A stretch of DNA of 64,000 nt, from NCBI RefSeq assembly GCF_009914755.1, contig NC_060946.1. One strand, 5' to 3'. Each line of letters begins with the position of its first letter. The stretch's first letter is position 1. The DNA comes from the human T2T-CHM13v2.0 reference genome, Homo sapiens. Shown in pieces: positions 52,193 to 64,000 of the stretch. A program made the position numbers and the translations under genes. Under the pieces are notes generated by a model that saw only the letters and a program-made list of their open reading frames with translations, did no database searches and was not told the origin of the DNA.

Positions 52193-52729
52193 AAAGTTTT
52201 TCTTTAAGAATCCTTTACCAGATCGTCTGCGTATATTGGTAGCTCAGTATGTATTACCCTAGTTTATCTGGTCTTCTATTTTAAATAGTGCTTATGGTTA
52301 ATATGACGCAGCCTCCTTGTAATTTTAAAGGAATCAACCAGTAACAATTGCGTCTTTTTTCCTTGTTCCCTGCCCACCTCTGTGACCAGACAGGTGAGAC
52401 ATGTGACTAGACTATCCCCTTCCATCTGCTCAACTAATGTAGATTTCTCCTGCCAACATAATCAACGAAGATAGGAGAGCTTGAATTTATGCATGCTTAT
52501 GTACATGTTAGTAATTATTTTGAGAATAAGTACCTTAGAATACACTCAGCTAAGCTAAAAGCTGCCTGAGCCATCCTGTGTTTGATGATGTTGCCTGAAG
52601 GGCTTATAGAATATTGTTAATGTGTCTTATGTTTAAGGTAGATATGCTAAAGACAGCATAACTTCTGTGTGTTTGTTAAATAGCTTCATACTTTTATAAT
52701 AATGTGATTTTTGTGTGTATACCTTCTAG

Positions 52730-53110
52730 CTAAATCAAGTGAATTTGCAAGTATTCCTGCAAATAGCTCCCGGCCTCTGTCAAACATCAGCAAGTCAGGC
52801 AGAATGGGACCCGCCATGCTGCGGCCAGCTCTGCCTGCAGGCCCTGTGGGGGCATCCTCCTGGCAGGCCAAGCGGGTCGATGTTTCTGAGCTGGCAGCGG
52901 AGCAGCTCACGGCACCCCCCTCAGCATCCCCCACCCAACCCCAGACTCCGGAAGGTGGCGGCCAGTGGCTGAACTCCAGTTGCGCTTGGTCAGAATCTTC
53001 TCAATTGAATAAGACTAGAAGTATCAGACGGCGAGATTCCTGTCTAAATTCCAAGACAAAGGTTATGCCTACTCCTACAAATCAATTTAAAATTCCTAAG
53101 TTTTCTATTG
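52730..53110 (+). CDS. GTSE1: GTSE1 exon 7 (AKSSEFASIP...PKFSI)
   Basis: ttctag|CT...ATTG|gtgagt; 381 nt; ORF 52711..53118. Confidence 0.96.
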
Positions 53111-53219
53111 GTGAGTAATAGATACATTTTAATGTGTCTTTAAAAAATACTGAAGAAATTGCATTTAAAGTTTTAAACAATTATTGATGGCATTGATGGT
53201 GTTTTTAGTTCTTTCCTCC

Positions 53220-54450
<1,231 letters not shown>

Positions 54451-54526
54451 AAGGCCTCTGCTGCACACCCGTGTGTCCCGCAAGGCCCGCGAGACCCCTG
54501 CACTCCTGCTGCTGCAAGATGACACC

Positions 54527-54612
54527 TTCTCGGCCCTGTGAGCTCCGCTCGTTGCTCCCTGGTAAGACGGCGGTTTCTCGGCCCTGTGAGCTCCGCTCGT
54601 TGCTCCCTGGTA
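54527..54612. repeat. Perfect 38-bp direct repeat, period 48 bp
   Basis: ttctcggccctgtgagctccgctcgttgctccctggta at 54527-54564 and 54575-54612. Confidence 0.95.
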
Positions 54613-56401
54613 GTTGCTCTTCTCTTGACCTTGAGGACTCCTGCCCTGCACCTGTGCACTGCCTGGTGCTCAGCCAGAGACTCGAGATTCCCTTGGGTTC
54701 CTAGAGCTCGTTCTGTCGGAGTAGCCCCCTCCTCTCTAGTTTCTGGCCCTCAGATTGCAGCCACCTCAGCCTCCTGAGCTCCAGCCACTGCCTTCTCCAG
54801 TCAGTGAGGCCACTGGCCCCAGCAGGTGTCTGGCCATTAGTGGGTGGGTGTTTGTAAAGTTTTCATGAATTTCTTGAACAATTGTGTGCAATGCAGAAAG
54901 TTCTCAGAGCTGACTTAAGGTGAGAGGAGCGTCCTGGCCTCCTCTGTCAGGCAGATCTGCCCTCTGGGTGCTTGAGGATTTTAAGTTCTGGCAGTGCCGG
55001 CCAGCACAGGCAGCCTGCAACTCCCAGAAACTGCATTCTGAGTCCTGCTGTAGGAACAAGCTGTTCTGCTGAGTGTCTTCTCTGTGCTGGAATGCTTTGG
55101 GGGACAAGGGACATCATGATAAGACAGACCTACTCTCACAGAATTTCTGTTTAATAGGAAAAGATACGAAATGTTATCAGATGAGCAGGCCTGCAGATCC
55201 TAGCACAACAAAGGGACTAAGGGAAGATGGTGTCCTGGAGCTGGCATGTTTGGGGAGGAATTTGCATCGGGTGGTTCTTTGGCAAAGATGGTCAGGAGGT
55301 GACACGGGACTGAGATCTGAACCAGGAGACTGAGGCAGCCGGTAGGAAAGTGCAAGGGGGAGCACTCCAGGCAGAGGCAACGGCAGGAGTGCAGAGGTCC
55401 TGGGGCAGGAAGGCGTGGGACGTGCTCTGGGAGCAGCATGGGGGCCGGAGGGTGGGAGTGCAGCCGCTGCGGTCGGGATTCTGCGTAGACGTGCGACAGC
55501 TGGTCAGTACTCCTTGGTGTCAGGGACCCAGGCTTACTCCATCCTGTGCTGCCGTGATGAGCTTCTCATCCTCATGGTCTAGTGTGGCTGCACCGGCTCT
55601 GGCCCTCATACCTCCCGGCAGGAAGCCTTCTTCTAGGTGAAGAAGAGCAAATCCCCACCTTTCAAGGACCCTCACTGCAAGTTGTCCCTGTGACTCCGTT
55701 TGTGTCCCATTGAGTACGACGCTTCCCTGCACAGGATGCTAGGACACGTTGTCTTTATTCCGCACACAGCTGAAATTTCTTACTGAGAAGAGGAAAGTTG
55801 CTGTTGAACAAAAACTAGCAACCTCAGCCAGTCAGTGACCGAGGGGCAGGGTAAGAAGAGATGAAGATGGAGGGGCAGCCCGAGGCCGGCTCCCAGAGCG
55901 CCGCGTGACCAGAGCGGACCCTGGAGTACCGTCAGTGCAGGAGGACGTGCATAGGAGAGATCAGAGCAGAGCGACTTGACCTTCAGAAGGTCCCTCCACA
56001 GAGGGAAGAGCAGAGTCTCTGGGCCGAAGAGTGGTGGGGAGGGTAATGCGGACCTGGCCCTCACTGTGTTGGGGAGGAAGCTAGTGCTGGGGAAGGAGGC
56101 TGGAGCGCTGCGGTCTGCCTGACGTTCTGGTAGCTTAGGGCTCATGTGGCAGTGCAGAGAGGGACTCGAGTGTCCCTGAGGTTCTGGCGGAACCTGGGTG
56201 CTGCCACTCATGTGACAGGAGGGCTGGAAGAGGCAGCGGGCAGAGTCCACGGCCCCATTTTGGAAGTAGTGAGGGTGAGAGGCCACTTAGGCTGCAGCTG
56301 AGGGGTGGAGCAGGCTGAGAGCTCAGAGGAGAAGCCACAGCTGGAGACCTCAGTGTAGGTTTCAACAGCAGAGAGCTGAGTTTGTAGAGATGGGAGCTGT
56401 G

Positions 56402-58797
<2,396 letters not shown>

Positions 58798-59888
58798 GAG
58801 CAGGAGAGAGGAAATGTAAGTGCAGGCAGCCTTTCTGAGGAGATCTGGTTTAAAGCGGGGCAGGGACGTGGGACAGGAGCTTGGGTGCAGGCGCAGGAGG
58901 GCGGGCATAGGCTTGTTAAGATGGAGGGCCCAGCAGCAGCTGTGCTGTTGCCAGAGAGAGGGGCTGTCTGTGGGGGCAGCAGCCTGGACCCTCGCCTGGC
59001 CTCCTGGAAGCACCTGTGGAGAAGAGGCCTCAGCTCCAGGCCCCACCCTTCCCTCTTGGTGCTGGGGTAAGGGGCTCTGAGGGACAGCCTCTTTTCCCAT
59101 GGCTTCCCAGACATAGCAAGGTGTTCCAAGGGGGTCCTGGTGCCTGAGGCTTTGGAGGCCCCAGAGCACATGTGCTGATACTCAAGTGCACACTGGGATT
59201 TTCAAGGAGCCAGTATAGAGGAGGAGGAACCATGGAGCCAGTGTCTGGGGGCGTGGTGGCGGGACTGGACCTCTGGGGCCTGTGTTGGGCCTTAGCTCGG
59301 TAACTGGTGACCCCTTTGCCCTCTGAGCCTGCTTTTCATCCTGTTGTGAATATCAGATGAGATCATACACATGGAAATGCTTGTCAACTAAAACAGCACA
59401 AACACAGTGTAATGAATTATTATTATCCCAGTAAAGTCATGGTTCGGGAAAATGAGGGAATGTGGGCTCTGTTGCGCGTGCCTGGGAAGCTAAACCCCTG
59501 CGGTGTTGTTCCTGTGGGCAAGTGTCTAGCGCATGCAGGTGCCGTCTGACAAGTCGACTTCGCTCTGTGAAGGTCGTGCTCGGCCCTGATGGGATATACA
59601 GCCAGGGTGGGGCGGCGCAGTGAAGATGGCTCTTCTCTTTCTCCCCCGTGTCCATCCATCAGACCACAGCCTTTGCCTGGGCAGGGGTCCCCGTGTAGGG
59701 GTGAATGCCTCTCATGTGGCTGCCTGCAGCAGGGTGGCCCTTTGTGTACTTGTCTGAGCCAGTGCCACCTACACTCAAGTTGGGACAGTGGAGATACTCG
59801 GAGAATTGCCCATTCGGTGACGATCCCCCAACAGTAGGTCTCCCCCTGATCACTTCACCTGACCGCACACTTCCTTTCTTGGACTTAG

Positions 59889-59961
59889 GTGACTCCCCGG
59901 ACAGCTCAACACCAAAGCTTTCGCGGGCACAGCGGCCGCAGTCGTGCACGTCAGTTGGCAG
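59889..59961 (+). CDS. GTSE1: GTSE1 exon 8 (GDSPDSSTPKL...TSVG)
   Basis: cttag|GT...AG|gtgagt; 73 nt. Confidence 0.94.
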
Positions 59962-60354
59962 GTGAGTGACGTTGGTCCGCTTCCTCTCTTTATTGCTGTA
60001 GAATGACTCACGCATCTGCTTACCTCAACCATTTGGTAACCCTGCAGCCTGGCCTGCGCATCTGGCTTCCACGCCAGTCTCTTGGGTGCAGGCCGAGCTC
60101 CTGATGTGTACCAGCCCCTTTTAGATCTACTGCAGACTTAAGACATCTGAGACTTCCGCGATGCAGTACGGCAGCTCCCAGCCCTGGACTGGTGTGGTTG
60201 CCATGCCAGGCTGCACAGCAGAAGTCCCTCCAGCGCTCTTAGGACTGCCCGTGCCCAGCCCACCCCAGGGGTTCTGATTTGGTTCATCTAGGCTGAGGCC
60301 CAGCAGCTGGATTTCCTAAAGCTCCTGGGTGACTGTGACTTGTACCGCAGTTGA

Positions 60355-62500
<2,146 letters not shown>

Positions 62501-63135
62501 CAAATGCCAGTTGACTCAGCCTCTTCTTCATCAACAGCAACACAAGAAAGCAACAGTTAGGCAAGACCCATGGGTAGCCCGAACCACAGGTATTGCCAGG
62601 GACGTGAGGGGTGTGAGGACCAAGTGCCCAGCTTCCTCTTCACTCATTTGTGTTCACATCTGATTCAGGCGACCTTAAGCCTGGGTATGAGTGGGCGTGC
62701 AGGGAGACCTGCTCCCCCATTCGCTGGCCCACCAGACAGGCTGCGGCTCTGACTTCCTTATGGCAATATCTATGACACCAACTGAAAGATGATTTGCTCA
62801 GTCTCTTCTGAACCTCGTGTGAAGTGACATTTAATGGTAGCATCCGTAAAGTGTAATCACATTTGATCAATTTTCTTTTGAGTTGCCTGTGAGGAAGGGC
62901 AGTGAAGCCATTCCCACTGGGAGCCCGAAGCCCACGCCAGGATGGGTTGGTAGCAGCTCGGAGCCTTGCCCGCCTTGGGGCCTGTCCCAGGAGAGCGGAG
63001 CTCACACGGGCTCCCTGGCTTGGCTCTTCTGGGCTGAAACCAAAGCCCTCAGCACTGCGTTAGCACAGGCTGAATGATGAGATCTTACTTTTTCTATGTC
63101 ATCTCAGCTCACGACACTGATGTTGTGTTTGCCAG

Positions 63136-63354
63136 GGTCACTGTCCACAGCACCCCGGTTAGACGCTCATCTGGGCCAGCACCACAAAGCCTGCTGAGCG
63201 CACGGCGTGTGTCAGCCTTGCCCACACCCGCCAGCCGGCGCTGCTCTGGCCTTCCACCGATGACCCCCAAAACGATGCCCAGGGCCGTGGGCTCTCCCCT
63301 GTGTGTGCCAGCTCGGAGACGTTCCTCTGAGCCCCGCAAGAACTCTGCAATGAG
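63136..63354 (+). CDS. GTSE1: GTSE1 exon 9 (VTVHSTP...SALP...SGLP...NSAM); gene continues past the window
   Basis: gccag|G...AG|gtaaga; 219 nt; ORF 63074..63358. Confidence 0.96.
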
Positions 63355-63620
63355 GTAAGACACGAAGGTGGTAATAAATTGGTCTCAAATTCCTAGGCTT
63401 GCTGTCCCAGACAGTGACATACCTTTTTCTTGCCTTGCTCCAGGTTTTAGTGAAGTAAATAGTATTTGGAAAGTTTGTTTGTTTTTTTTTTCATTGCAAA
63501 GAGAAAATGCAATAGACATGAGCATAGAGGAAAATTAAAGGTATTACAAGGAAATACTGCCTGTAATTCTCTGATAATCAATTTGAAAACCTAATGGTTT
63601 TCTAAAATTTGCAAGTTATT

Positions 63621-63935
63621 GGCCAGGTGTGGTGGCTCACGCCTGTAATCCCAGCACTTTGGGAGGCCGAGGCAGGCAGACTGCCTGAGCTCAGGAGTTT
63701 GAGATCAACCTGGGTAACATGGCAAAACCCCATCTCTACAAAAAATACAAAAATAAGCTAGGTGTGGTGGCGTGCACTGTAGTCCCAGCTATTTAGGGGG
63801 CTGAGGTGGGAGGATCACTTGAGCTCAGGAGGTTGAGGCTGCAGTGAGCTGAGATTGCCCCGTTGCACTCCAGCCTGGGGGACAGAGTGAGACCCCGTCT
63901 GTAAAAATTAAAATAAATAAAATAAATAAAATAAA
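63621..63935 (+). mobile_element. Alu with (TAAAA)n tail
   Basis: Alu consensus. Confidence 0.9.
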
Positions 63936-64000
63936 ATTTATCTAAATTGACCCAGAACACATGAAGTAAGCCATAGCTGGAGCTCAGAAATGATTAAAGA

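Noticed and set aside
54527-54612. Repeat-spacer-repeat resembling a minimal CRISPR
   Set aside because: Only two copies, a 10-nt spacer, and a human intronic context. A tandem duplication explains it.

Overview
Human (primate) genomic DNA, recognisable as the 22q13.31 PKDREJ-TTC38-GTSE1 locus. It contains: (1) the first 7 codons of PKDREJ on the - strand at the left edge; (2) the complete TTC38 gene on +, whose 14 coding exons I traced by hand (4740-29581) to 1410 nt = 469 aa plus stop, all GT-AG introns; (3) a CpG-island bidirectional promoter (ETS, NRF1, ZNF143, CCAAT, CDE/CHR motifs) with the divergent lncRNA GTSE1-DT; (4) GTSE1 exons 1-9 on + (first 574 codons, running off the right edge), including a GC-AG intron. 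Most other sequence is interspersed repeat: about 50 Alus, MaLR/ERVL LTRs (THE1, MST, MLT1, MLT2), old L1/L2/MIR remnants, a G-rich minisatellite and microsatellites. Nearly all ORF-track entries are Alu-derived or GC-rich noise. I found no foreign insertion and no new multi-gene system. The best leads are a His-rich, metal-site-like motif pair in the poorly characterised TTC38, LTRs positioned to serve PKDREJ and GTSE1-DT, and several candidate alternative or poison splice sites. Repeat boundaries are approximate and subfamily calls are from memory of consensus sequences.
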